Shown here one piece after another: positions 9,901-20,140 of a stretch of DNA of 64,000 nt. This DNA is from Synechococcus sp. Its GTDB lineage: Bacteria; Cyanobacteriota; Cyanobacteriia; PCC-6307; Cyanobiaceae. The stretch covers positions 2,264,203 to 2,328,202 of the forward strand of contig JBJBEO010000001.1 of the NCBI GenBank assembly GCA_047284725.1, given 5' to 3'. Position numbers and translations under genes: made by a program. The notes under the pieces are model-generated. The model did no database searches. It saw only the letters and a program-made list of their open reading frames with translations, and was not told the origin of the DNA. The stretch's first letter is position 1; the number at the start of each line of letters is the position of its first letter.

Positions 9901-10299
9901 TGCTAAAAACTTAGATAACATTAATTTTAGCATATGGGGGCCAGCGCGTGTCAGCAGCACTGCAGTATCGCAAGCCCATACTTTGACACTGTGCTTCAAT
10001 CCCCAGCAAAAAAATTCAACAGTAGTGGTTAAGGGTTTAAATGATTTGAAACTTTTGGCGACTTTGCAAGGCGAAGATTCTCAATATCCATACAAAGCGC
10101 AGAGTAACTTGCTGAAACCGAGTCGGGGACTCTGGGACGCGGCGAGAAGCTTTACTTTGATGATATCAGTTAATGACATGCAAAGTTGTTATTTGACAAG
10201 CGCAGGCGCAGACACCTCTAGCAAGCTGGCGCAAAGACTATGCTAAATGTTTGCTATATTTTGGCTTGATCTATACTTTTTATGTGGGCATTATGTACT

Positions 10300-12060
10300 T
10301 TTCATTCTTTCCGTATTTGAGACCATAAAGACACAGTGAGTGAATCTTGAGGCTCAAGAGCAATTGCTAACTTATGAAGCTTTAGAGATAGTTGATCGCA
10401 ATAGAGGCAATACTATTTTACCCTGTATTTTATTACATAAACCTTCAATGCAACAAAAAAATCAATTAATAGCACTTCATACAGCTTTTCGCCGGATCTT
10501 ATCCCAGTGCAAACAAGTTGGATAGAACCGTGGGAATTACTTCGGTTCTTAAAGAAAGGTCACTTGTACACCATATGCTCAGCAAGAAATTATATTCAAA
10601 CCAGCTGTCTCAGACCCAAGAAGAACAGGTAACCTACCAAAGCATCATGCAATAAAGAATGATCTCCTTGTAAGTCAACATTATTTGTCCACTAGCTGTA
10701 ATCTATTGCGGAACAGAGGAACGACAGATCCAGAAGGCGCAAGGACATTAGCAAAACTCACCATCACAAATAGAGTGAAGTCTGAAGGTTGCTACTCAAC
10801 CACTAGCTCAGCCTAACCTTTACTAGCCCCAACATGTTGGTAAACCGCACGTCTTAATCGATTAAAATGAAAACAAGCAAACAAGTCCACAGTGATTGTC
10901 TAATTAAATACAATAGGTATGTTCAAAATATTCTTACCAAAAATGCCAAAAGATTTGCTTGGCCAATGGAACATGCTATACCCAACATTATGGAATACAA
11001 CATTCACTTCATATTCACTGAAGCAACAATCCCCCAAAGACGCGTCAGCAGTACTGCCAAGCGCAGGCAAACCTCCACTCCCGCGAACAGCGGAACAAAC
11101 CCTTACTTAATGAAATAGAGGCTAGGTTCGCTGATTTCCTACGAAGCCAGCCTACGCGGCTTAAAAGCAAGGATTTAACGACAAAGTTCCGAACCGGTAA
11201 AGCGAACCGCAACGGTGACGCAGATAAAGGTCCTAGTAATTCCAGGCCAAGTAGACAAGAATCCGTCGGTACTGGATCACGACATAGAAATTTCTCTACC
11301 TGAATCACTTACAGCACATCGATGCGTGAGCGGAGCCTTATGATCTCCTCGATGAAGGGGATCTGAATAATGGGAATACCGCTCAGCTGCAGAACATCTA
11401 CAATCTGACGAAACTTGGTAAAACTCAGCGAAGACATCCAGAATAAATTTGATCAATCGCTTAAACTCGCTGTTTCAATATCTGCGGTTACTAAATCAAT
11501 ACCCCATTGATCGAAAGACTCCAAGGATTCGGATAGTCATCAACAATTACCTAGTCACTTTGGCTATTGGCAAGACACAGTGAGTTCATAAGGTGAACCC
11601 CAGCATCCAGCATCATTGGTGCAATACAGAGCCACAGGGATAAGGAAGTTTTTAAGCTTGCTGTGCAAATTAAGCAAGATGTTGCTCAAAACGAAGTGAA
11701 CAGAGACGCTGAGGCCCATTAACAACAGCCATAGCAACGGCCAACTGCGACAAGGTGGCATAGGCAGGCGCAATAGTCGAGCAAAGTCCAAGAGAATCAA
11801 CACCCACAAGCCATTGGGGAACGTAAGTATGTAAGGTGCAATACTCTTCACATTTCGAGTGATGCATTTTTATTGGCAACTAAAAGTATAGAGTGGGAAA
11901 AGAACTGGCCAAACAGACGGCAACAGCAAATCCAGCGTTGCAAAAGCTCGAGTGAAGAAAGTAGGCGAGCCAAACGTTCGCCATATCGCTAAAGGCAGGA
12001 GTGAGGCGCCAACAGCTAGTAACAATTAGGATTGAAGTAGATCAAGTCGCAACCATTTGG
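10300..12060 (-). pseudogene. Decayed CapD/WbpM/PglF-family membrane NDP-sugar dehydratase
   Basis: Colinear remnants across frames: LLPLAIW, PLYTFSCQ*K, LPMPPCRSWPLLWLLL, VDDYPNPWSLSING, IQVEKFLCRDPVP, GSELCR*IL (~11180), SEPSLY (~11120), NVVFH, GASKG*AELVV, FANVLAPSGSVVPLFR (~10720), TGIRSGEKLYEVLLID (~10490). Many stops and frameshifts; ends approximate. Confidence 0.85.
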
Positions 12061-12507
12061 AATCAAAAAATCTTTCAATTCTCACATGCTCTCTTTACCA
12101 ATAGAGGATTTATGAGAAAGCGAGGAGGGCTGATACTTCAACGGGGGGATGGGCAGTGAAACTTATCAATCCCAAATAGCAGGCCAATCGCATAGTAATA
12201 TTGGTTGCGATAGTACAGGAGCGAAGTTAAAACGATAGATATATTCTGACTTCGGTCATGCGAACCTGTAGCATCCATTCCTCTGAAAAAGCTTTCTGCA
12301 ATACACGGGAGGAAAAGGAAACATCTGCATAGAGCACAGATAAGCGGCTGTCTAGGAACCAATATGCGCCCACCCCGAAAATGCAAAAATTAAATGCATA
12401 AAAGAATAATATTAGCCTGGGAAACATCACAACGGCTTCCCGAACCGGAAGGCGGTCCGTCCATTGCCAGGCCTGGCTGTCGGAAGCATGAGCATAAAAT
12501 TTGCTTT

Positions 12508-13755
12508 ATGAACCAGGATTCACCTAGCTCCAGATATCGACGACCTCGCCTCTCCGCCCTGCTAGGGCTTGGCATTTTCCTGCAGCCATCCGTAGCGACA
12601 GCTCAGGGCTTGATAGCCCCTCAGAGCTCGAAAGCTTCAATCCACTCATTACAAATCCAGGCTCCGGCAACTCAGCAAGCCGATCCCACGATGGGAGACG
12701 GTTACATTCTCGGTCCTGGCGACGCCTTAGTTATTGAGTTACTAGACGTGCCTGAATACTCGGGTGTCTTCACGATAGGTCCAGACGGAACCCTCTATTT
12801 GCCACGGCTCCGGTCTCTTGTCGTGGAAGGGCTTACCGTCGAGGAGTTGCGGTACTTCCTGACTCAACAGTTCAGCGCCTACGTTCGTGATCCGCAGGTA
12901 TTCGTTAGCCCTGCTGCCTTCAGGCCAATTAGAGTTTACATCGGCGGTGAGGTAGCCCGCCCAGGGTATTACTACCTGTCGGGGCAGCAGGCTGCTATTG
13001 GAGCTGAAAGCGTCGGTTCCGCCGCCAAGCCTGGATCAGTCAACCTCGCCACCGGCCAGGTCAGCGTCACAAGCCTGAGCTCGGGCAGCAGCAATCCGGC
13101 AACCGAGGCAGGTCCGACCATCGGTGGTGTTGTAGTCAATCGCGGGCTACGCCTTCCAACCGTTTTCGATGCTCTGCGCAGCGCCGGTGGTGTGACCCCT
13201 TTCTCCAAGCTGAATGAGGTGTCCGTTACCCGCAAACGCCCGCTCAGCAGCGGTGGCGGGAAGATGCGCACAACCCTCGATTTCCTCTCTCTGATCACCG
13301 AGGGCAACGAATCCCAGAACATTCGTTTGTTTGATGGTGACACCGTCGTGGTCGCTCGCTCCCCAGTGGAGTTGCGCGAGCAAATCATCAAGGCGGGCCA
13401 GACCAATCTCAGCCCCGACTTCCTTCAGGTGTATGTGACAGGTCGTGTTCGCGATCCAGGTTCCAAGGTGTTACCCCAAGGGGCTTCTCTCGATCAAGCC
13501 CTAGCCGCCGCCGGAGGCCAGAAGTTGTTGCGTGGACAGGTTGAGTTCATGCGCTTCAATCGCGACGGCACCACCGATAAGCGCAAGTTCTTCGTAGGTG
13601 GCGGTAATCCAGCAGGTTCTTACAAGAATCCGATCCTTATGGCAGGTGATGTGGTGCGAGTCAATGATTCGCCCCTCTCCGCCACTATTAACGTTCTCAA
13701 TGAGATCACCGGACCCGCCGTTGGCATCTATTCGGTGTACAACCTGTTCAAGTGA
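12508..13755 (+). CDS. wza: Polysaccharide export protein (Wza/KpsD, Poly_export plus SLBB domains)
   Basis: YILGPGD and IGPDGTLYLP PES motif, SLBB repeats (GEVARPG, GRVRDPG), signal-like N-terminus. Confidence 0.9.
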   Translation: MNQDSPSSRYRRPRLSALLGLGIFLQPSVATAQGLIAPQSSKASIHSLQIQAPATQQADPTMGDGYILGPGDALVIELLDVPEYSGVFTIGPDGTLYLPRLRSLVVEGLTVEELRYFLTQQFSAYVRDPQVFVSPAAFRPIRVYIGGEVARPGYYYLSGQQAAIGAESVGSAAKPGSVNLATGQVSVTSLSSGSSNPATEAGPTIGGVVVNRGLRLPTVFDALRSAGGVTPFSKLNEVSVTRKRPLSSGGGKMRTTLDFLSLITEGNESQNIRLFDGDTVVVARSPVELREQIIKAGQTNLSPDFLQVYVTGRVRDPGSKVLPQGASLDQALAAAGGQKLLRGQVEFMRFNRDGTTDKRKFFVGGGNPAGSYKNPILMAGDVVRVNDSPLSATINVLNEITGPAVGIYSVYNLFK

Positions 13756-15506
13756 TGACAACAGCTTCCACCGATCAGCCAATGCTACCCAACAAGTTGC
13801 AGGCCGACGAAGAAATTGATCTCGGCCAGGTGGCCGGCGCATTCGCCCGCCGTTGGCACTGGATCGCCGGCGGCGGCACCATTGGTCTTCTACTCTCAGG
13901 TCTTTACCTACTCACCGCCAAACCTGTGTATCAGGGTGAGTTCCAGATCGTGTTGTCTAATGAAAAGGGAAGTGGAGCAGCCTCCCTGCTTTCCCAGAAC
14001 CCTGGGCTAGCAGCTATCGCCGGCCTCGCAGGCGCCAGCGGCAGCGATTCGATCGCCACCGAGGTGCAGATTCTCAAAAGCCCGTCGGTGCTGAGGCCCG
14101 TCTTCGATGCTGTGGCGTCGCGCAAGCCCCCTGAACAAGCCAAAGCGATGCGGTTTCAAGATTGGGCCAAATCGGCAATCACGGCCAACGAGGAGAAGGG
14201 CACTTCCGTGCTCAACGTTGAATTTCGCGACACCGACGAGCAGCTGGTGCTACCGATCACCCGGATGATCTCGGAGGCTTACCAAAGTTATTCCAACCGC
14301 GGCCGTGCCCGTGAGCTTTCTAATGTGATCGCCTATCTGAAAGCTCAGATAGCTGTGACCAAGCCCCAGGCCGAGGCCAGCTCCCGCGCCGCCCTCGACT
14401 TTGGCTACGCCAACGGCCTCGGCCTGCTCGATGGCCTGCCCCTCGCCGGCAATGTGGCCGGTGCAGGTGTAAGCGAAGGATCTGGATCCAAGGTGGGCAC
14501 AGCTGGTGGCAGCATCGAAGCGGCCCGCACTAGTGCCCAACAAAAGGTCAAGGCCCTGGAAGTGCAAATCCAGGAAGCCACAAAAGCAGGTGCCGGCTCT
14601 CTCTATTTCGCCTCCCAGCTAGCCTCTCTCACCGACAAATCATCCACTTTCGACCAGCTCACCGCGGTGGAAACACGCCTGGCTGAGCACCGTTCGCGCT
14701 TGAAAGACAATGATCCTCTGGTGAAGAGACTGCAGCGCGAACGCAACACCCTGGTGCGCTACATCAACCAGCAGACAATTGCTTTGCTCAAAGGCGAACT
14801 AGACCTAGCCAAAGCCAACCTCCAGGCCCTCGATCGACCCAAGAATGTGGTGAGCCGTCACCGTGAGCTCACCCAGCAGGCTCTGCGCGATGAGGCCACC
14901 CTGGTAACCCTGCAGAACCAGCTTAAACAGTTCCAGCTGGAGAAGGCCCGTGACGCCAGCCCCTGGGAGCTGATCTCCACCCCAACTTTACTCAACAAAC
15001 CAGTCAGTCCCCGTCGCGGACCCACCATTGCCCTCGGAATGCTTGCCGGTCTGATGTTGGGCAGCGGCGGCGCGCTTATCACCGATCGCCGCAGCGGCCT
15101 CGTGTTCAACAGCGATGAACTATCTCGACATTTGCCTGGCCCTTTGCTCGAGCGTCTTCCCTGCCATGACGACGGGCGGCCGATCGAGGCCTGGCGTGCG
15201 CCGATTCAACTCCTGGCCGATGGCCCCCTCGCCGGTGGCAGTTCCCTGGCCCTGATTCCGGTGGGAACGATCGCGCCTGCCGACCTCGACGCCTTCTCGG
15301 CCAGCTTGCGTCAGGCGCTTGGGCCTCAACGGGAGCTGCTGATTAGCCGTGATTTGCTAGTCACCCGCGCCTGCAGCACCCAGCTGCTGTTGACAGCCCC
15401 AGGTGCCGCCAAGCGAGAACAACTGCGCCAACTGCGGGAGCAGCTAGCTCTTCAAGGGACACCAGTAGCCGGTTGGGTTCTGCTCGACACCAGCCTCGAG
15501 GCCTGA
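13755..15506 (+). CDS. Polysaccharide co-polymerase (GumC/Wzc/Wzz family)
   Basis: DEEIDL, TM1, TEVQILKSPSVL, coiled coil, proline-rich PVSPRR then TM2; TGATG overlap with wza. Confidence 0.88.
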   Translation: MTTASTDQPMLPNKLQADEEIDLGQVAGAFARRWHWIAGGGTIGLLLSGLYLLTAKPVYQGEFQIVLSNEKGSGAASLLSQNPGLAAIAGLAGASGSDSIATEVQILKSPSVLRPVFDAVASRKPPEQAKAMRFQDWAKSAITANEEKGTSVLNVEFRDTDEQLVLPITRMISEAYQSYSNRGRARELSNVIAYLKAQIAVTKPQAEASSRAALDFGYANGLGLLDGLPLAGNVAGAGVSEGSGSKVGTAGGSIEAARTSAQQKVKALEVQIQEATKAGAGSLYFASQLASLTDKSSTFDQLTAVETRLAEHRSRLKDNDPLVKRLQRERNTLVRYINQQTIALLKGELDLAKANLQALDRPKNVVSRHRELTQQALRDEATLVTLQNQLKQFQLEKARDASPWELISTPTLLNKPVSPRRGPTIALGMLAGLMLGSGGALITDRRSGLVFNSDELSRHLPGPLLERLPCHDDGRPIEAWRAPIQLLADGPLAGGSSLALIPVGTIAPADLDAFSASLRQALGPQRELLISRDLLVTRACSTQLLLTAPGAAKREQLRQLREQLALQGTPVAGWVLLDTSLEA

Positions 15507-15514
15507 GACCCGAC

Positions 15515-16570
15515 ATGGCCCGTCTGCTCATCACCGGCGGTGCCGGCTTCATCGGCAGCCACACCTGCGTTGTTTTACTGGAGGCTGGCCATTTCCTTCT
15601 GGTGCTCGACGACTTCTCCAATAGCTCACCCATCGCCTTGGAGCGAGTCGCGGAACTGGCAGATGTGCCCCTCGGCAGCGAGCAGCTAATGCTGATTCGC
15701 GGTGACGTCCGCGATGCCTCCTTGCTGGAGGTGCTGTTCACAGAAGCCAAAGCCACCAACCACCCGATCGACGCTGTCATCCACTTCGCCGGCGTCAAGG
15801 CCGTCGGTGAATCCGTCGCCGATCCTCTGCGCTACTGGGATGTGAATGTCTGCGGCTCCCGAGTCCTGCTTACAGCAATGGATGCTCATGCTTGCAGGAC
15901 TTTAGTGTTCAGCAGCACCAGCACCGTCTACGGCGAACCCGACACCTTCCCTCTGACCGAAACCACCCCCACCAACCCCATTCACCCCTACGCCCAAACA
16001 AAACTGGCAGTAGAGCAGATGCTCAGTGCCTTAGCCGCCAAAGGAGATTGGCGCGTATCGGCCTTGCGTTACTTCAATCCCGTAGGGGCCCATCCTTCAG
16101 GTCGCATAGGAGAAGACCCCCTAGGCATCCCCAACAACCTCTTCCCCTTCATCACCCAGATAGCAGCAGGGCGACATGCACACCTGAAAGTGTACGGAGA
16201 CGACTACCCCACTCCCGATGGCACAGGCATCCGCGATTATCTACACGTCATAGATCTCGCCGAAGCCCATACCGCTGCGGTGGAACACCTTCTTCAGATC
16301 AAAGCCCCTTATTCCCAAACCCTGAACCTCGGCAGCGCTAAGGGCCTGAGTGTGCTCGACGTAGTCCAAGGATTCGAAGCCGCAACAGGCATCACCATCC
16401 CCTACGAAATCGTCGCGCGCCGTCCTGGTGACGTGCCAAAGCTCGAGGCCTGTCCCAAACGCGCCGAAGAGGTGCTCGGCTGGAAAGCAACACGCACCCT
16501 CGCGGACATCTGCCGCGACGGCTGGGCCTGGCAATCCGCCAATCCCCAGGGCTATAGGGGAAAGGCTTGA
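15515..16570 (+). CDS. galE: UDP-glucose 4-epimerase
   Basis: TGGAGFIGSH, HFAGVKAVGES, YAQTK, LRYFNPVGAH and DGTGIRDYLH. Confidence 0.95.
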   Translation: MARLLITGGAGFIGSHTCVVLLEAGHFLLVLDDFSNSSPIALERVAELADVPLGSEQLMLIRGDVRDASLLEVLFTEAKATNHPIDAVIHFAGVKAVGESVADPLRYWDVNVCGSRVLLTAMDAHACRTLVFSSTSTVYGEPDTFPLTETTPTNPIHPYAQTKLAVEQMLSALAAKGDWRVSALRYFNPVGAHPSGRIGEDPLGIPNNLFPFITQIAAGRHAHLKVYGDDYPTPDGTGIRDYLHVIDLAEAHTAAVEHLLQIKAPYSQTLNLGSAKGLSVLDVVQGFEAATGITIPYEIVARRPGDVPKLEACPKRAEEVLGWKATRTLADICRDGWAWQSANPQGYRGKA

Positions 16571-17877
16571 TGAACTTGGAAACTCTGCACAAGAACCTAT
16601 GCAGGCCCTTGCTGGCCATCGGCCTCGCTCACACAGCTCTTGGTCTGTCAACACCATTGCACGCTCAGGTGGTGTGGGAGCCGGTTAGTGAACAAAAGGC
16701 ACAGCAAGACGAGATCCTGGTGCGCAAGCCCGGTGGCTCGAGCAACGACCCGGTGCCACCTCAACCGATCGTCTGGACACCGGTCCCAAGCGAAGACAGC
16801 AGAACAGCAGATGAAAACAACGCGATCGTCTGGACCCCAGTGCCGGAAACCAAATCGATGGCAAGTGAGTCACCTCCCAACACCGCGGTGGTTTGGGAGG
16901 TGATCCCCGACAGAGACACCCCGCTCTCGCCTTCACCCAGCAATACCCTTGCAGAAGCAAGCCAAGGCTCTTCAGCCAACGCACAAGAAACCCCTCCCGC
17001 AGAGGTGATCGCTCAGGAATCAGCAATGCCGCAACGCATGTTGTCTGGCCCCCCGCCACCGCCTCCTCTGCAAACGCTCAACCGTTCCATCGCCTACGGC
17101 GATGGCTTAGTGGGTCCTGACATCGGTTGGCGAGTCCCAAACGGTTTGCGTTGGAATCGTCGATGGTTCGGTGATGCCACGGTGCAAGCAATTAACAGGC
17201 GCCAACAAGAAGATGACAACTTCTTAGACTTTGGCATAGGTGATGGCGAAGGAATCGTGCACGCCAACATTCTCCAAACCAAGAATTGGAGCGTGGGACT
17301 GAATTACTCTTTCCGCAGCCTGCAAAACAACCCCAACGTCGCTGGTGGAAACACAGACATCACCGATGGCATGTCGACAGGCTTCCGCATCGCTCGCGCG
17401 ATGGGCGACACCGGTGGCATTGCCTTCGGAGCCGAGCAGCTCATTCAATGGGACGACCAGACCGATACCGGACGGAACATTTATTTAATGGCAACAAAAG
17501 GCTGGTGGCTAGGAAATCAAGGCAATGACTATCCACTCCTGATTGCCAACGGCGGAGTGGGAACGGGCGCATTTCAATACGACAACCCTCTACGATTTGC
17601 TTGCATCAACAACGTTCAAACCCGGCCTGAGCCGAACTTTCAAAGAGACAGCGATCTCTGCTGGGGACCAATTGGGACCGTAGCCCTCGTTTTCAACGAA
17701 TACTTTGGGATTTTCACGGAATACAACGGCACAGCGACTACATTATCTGCATCACTCAATCTCACAGGTGGCATTCCAATACGCCTAACTTGGGGTATCA
17801 GCTTTGCTGACAGCAAGGAGCTCAGAGAAGAATTCGATCAATATAGGTGGAATTTTGGCGCAAGCATCGGCTTCTAA
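16570..17877 (+). CDS. Exported protein, probable outer-membrane beta-barrel with repetitive N-terminus
   Basis: Signal peptide ending LHA-Q, four (V/I)VWxx(V/I) repeats, Pro-rich linker, beta-strand-like C-terminal half ending WNFGASIGF. Confidence 0.6.
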   Translation: MNLETLHKNLCRPLLAIGLAHTALGLSTPLHAQVVWEPVSEQKAQQDEILVRKPGGSSNDPVPPQPIVWTPVPSEDSRTADENNAIVWTPVPETKSMASESPPNTAVVWEVIPDRDTPLSPSPSNTLAEASQGSSANAQETPPAEVIAQESAMPQRMLSGPPPPPPLQTLNRSIAYGDGLVGPDIGWRVPNGLRWNRRWFGDATVQAINRRQQEDDNFLDFGIGDGEGIVHANILQTKNWSVGLNYSFRSLQNNPNVAGGNTDITDGMSTGFRIARAMGDTGGIAFGAEQLIQWDDQTDTGRNIYLMATKGWWLGNQGNDYPLLIANGGVGTGAFQYDNPLRFACINNVQTRPEPNFQRDSDLCWGPIGTVALVFNEYFGIFTEYNGTATTLSASLNLTGGIPIRLTWGISFADSKELREEFDQYRWNFGASIGF

Positions 17878-19996
17878 CCAACCCCATCTTGTTTTAGCCG
17901 GGGGAGGCCACACCCATGCCCTGCTGCTCAAGCAATGGCTGATGCGACCGCATTCGCGACCCAAAAGCTTGATCACACTGGTAAGCGCAAGCAGCAGCAC
18001 CCTCTATTCAGGATTCATTCCATCCCATCTCTCGGGGCAACTCCCTCTGGCAGATACCTCCATCAATATGCGCAGCCTTGCCGATCGAGCCGGCGTACAT
18101 TTCATCCAATCGGATGCTAGATCCATCGATCTGAGCAACAAATTGCTTCTGCTCAGCAATCGCCCTGCGATTGCTTTTGACGTCCTCAGCCTCAACCTAG
18201 GAGCGATTGTACCCAAGCAACACTTCAATGCCTCAATCCCAATCAAACCCCTAGGAGAAGCTCTACAAGCCCTACGCCAACAAGACCTAGACCGCAACCG
18301 TGACCAATCCGTCTTTCACGTAGTCGGTGCAGGATTCGCTGCGACTGAGGTGGTATTTGCGTTGCGTCGTCGGTGGCCCAAACGACCCCTTGTTCTGCAC
18401 TGCGGTGCTCATCAACTCAACGAACGCTTCATCAAAGCCCTTTCAGCCATTGATGTCACCGTCACGAAAACACCAGCCCCTGATGGCACCGATACATTGC
18501 TATGCACAGGATCTGAAGCCCCAAGCTGGCTGCACAAAACAGGTCTGAGATGTGATTTCCAGGGTCGCGTTCTCACCGAATCAACGCTGCAATCGCTCGA
18601 TCATCCTTGGCTCTTCGCCTCAGGCGACTGTGCCTCGATCCATGAGCATCCCAGACCCGCATCAGGGGTTTACGCCGTGCGAGCCGCTCCCGTCCTGGCC
18701 ACCAACCTGAAGCGAACACTCGAAGGCCAGGCACTCAAACGCTGGACACCTCAACAATGCGCCCTGCAATTAGTCGGCACCCACAATCCCAACCGACGGA
18801 ACACCGCCTGGGCCAAGATCGGCACCATTCTGATTGGCCCACATCCCTGGCTCTGGCGCTGGAAGCAATGGCTGGATCGCCGTTTCATCCAAAGCTTTCA
18901 ACGCCTCACAGAGGCTGCGAGCGAGATGCGTGGCCAGAGCGATACAACGAACACCATGGCTTGCCGGGGCTGCGCAGCCAAGCTGGGCGCCTCTCCCCTC
19001 AAGCAAGCGCTGCAACTGGCTGGTGTACCCAGCCTGGGCAGTGACCCCGCAGATGCCCAGCCCATCGCCATCCATCGCGATGGAACCACACAACTCACCT
19101 CTGTGGATGGTTTTCCGGCTCTGCTGTCAGACCCCTGGCTGAATGGCCGGCTCACAACATTGCACGCCTGCTCCGACCTCTGGGCCAGTGGAGCGGACGT
19201 CTCCAGCGCCCTGGCGCTTCTGACGCTGCCGGCCACCGACCAGGCCAGCCAGATTCAGCTGATGAGCCAAACCCTGGCAGGCATTCGATCAGCACTTGAG
19301 CAACAAAATGCCGCCCTCCTTGGCGGCCACACCATGGAGTCGAGGCAAGCGAGCAACCAACCGGTCGGCCTCGACCTGCAGGTGAGCCTGAGCGTGTTCG
19401 GATCCACCCCCTCTCAACAACCAGCCTGGGGCAAAGGGCCCTTGCGCAGTGGGGATCGATTGTTGCTCAGCCGGAGCATCGGAACAGGGGTGTTGTTTGC
19501 CGCGGCCATGCAGGGACGCTGCCCGGGGCCATGGCTAGATCAAGCCTTGGACGAACTGACCAAGAGTCAACATCCACGTCTCCACGAGCTGCGAGAAGCC
19601 AACGCAAAGGCACCTGACAGCATCCATGCCTGCACCGACATCACCGGCTTTGGCCTGCTGGGGCATCTCAACGAAATGGTGGATGCCAGTGACACCATCC
19701 AAGTGGAACTGGAGATCGACAAAATTCCTGCTTATCACGGGGTGCACCACTTGCTGGAACAAGGCTTGACCAGCACTGCTGCACCGGCCAACCGAAAGGC
19801 CTGGTCCAGCCTGGAGCACTCGGTCAAACTGAAAACGAGTGAGCTGAAATCAGGAACCGCGGCTGACACCATCCACCTGGAACTTCTGATTGACCCGCAA
19901 ACCTGCGGCCCACTCCTGGTGAGCTGCTCACAGGCAGCCGCCGACATCTTGCTCTCCCAAGGATGGACGGCCATCGGCACCGTTAGGCACCGATGA
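17855..19996 (+). CDS. selD: Selenide,water dikinase with N-terminal FAD-dependent oxidoreductase domain
   Basis: LVLAGGGHTH FAD motif, FASGDC, then CRGCAAK, GGHT, TDITGFGLLGHL and DPQTCGPLL. Start uncertain (TTG 17855). Confidence 0.9.
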   Translation: MAQASASNQPHLVLAGGGHTHALLLKQWLMRPHSRPKSLITLVSASSSTLYSGFIPSHLSGQLPLADTSINMRSLADRAGVHFIQSDARSIDLSNKLLLLSNRPAIAFDVLSLNLGAIVPKQHFNASIPIKPLGEALQALRQQDLDRNRDQSVFHVVGAGFAATEVVFALRRRWPKRPLVLHCGAHQLNERFIKALSAIDVTVTKTPAPDGTDTLLCTGSEAPSWLHKTGLRCDFQGRVLTESTLQSLDHPWLFASGDCASIHEHPRPASGVYAVRAAPVLATNLKRTLEGQALKRWTPQQCALQLVGTHNPNRRNTAWAKIGTILIGPHPWLWRWKQWLDRRFIQSFQRLTEAASEMRGQSDTTNTMACRGCAAKLGASPLKQALQLAGVPSLGSDPADAQPIAIHRDGTTQLTSVDGFPALLSDPWLNGRLTTLHACSDLWASGADVSSALALLTLPATDQASQIQLMSQTLAGIRSALEQQNAALLGGHTMESRQASNQPVGLDLQVSLSVFGSTPSQQPAWGKGPLRSGDRLLLSRSIGTGVLFAAAMQGRCPGPWLDQALDELTKSQHPRLHELREANAKAPDSIHACTDITGFGLLGHLNEMVDASDTIQVELEIDKIPAYHGVHHLLEQGLTSTAAPANRKAWSSLEHSVKLKTSELKSGTAADTIHLELLIDPQTCGPLLVSCSQAAADILLSQGWTAIGTVRHR

Positions 19997-20140
19997 CAGG
20001 CAACGTCAAGTCCTTCATTCGCAAGGACAGCGCTTGAACATTCGGCACCTCCTGGTTGCACCCATCAACTGCAGAAACACCCCCTCCTCGCGACCAACCA
20101 GGTCATCACCGGCTGCATGAGGCGGCGAAGACGCCTCACC

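Noticed and set aside
9746..10246. 166-aa plus-strand ORF
   Set aside because: Overlaps pseB antisense, has a weak start and no motif.
10340..11879. Several short ORFs as small proteins
   Set aside because: Explained as fragments or shadows of the capD pseudogene.
16670..16910. Spaced repeats resembling a CRISPR array
   Set aside because: In-frame degenerate peptide repeats within a CDS, with irregular spacing and no cas genes.
20019..20102. 8-bp inverted repeat (CCTGGTTG/CAACCAGG) and a minus-strand AGGAGG-preceded micro-ORF MFKRCPCE-TGA beside selD, considered as a selenopeptide
   Set aside because: Too short to distinguish from chance; no SECIS-like support, and readthrough would run antisense into selD.
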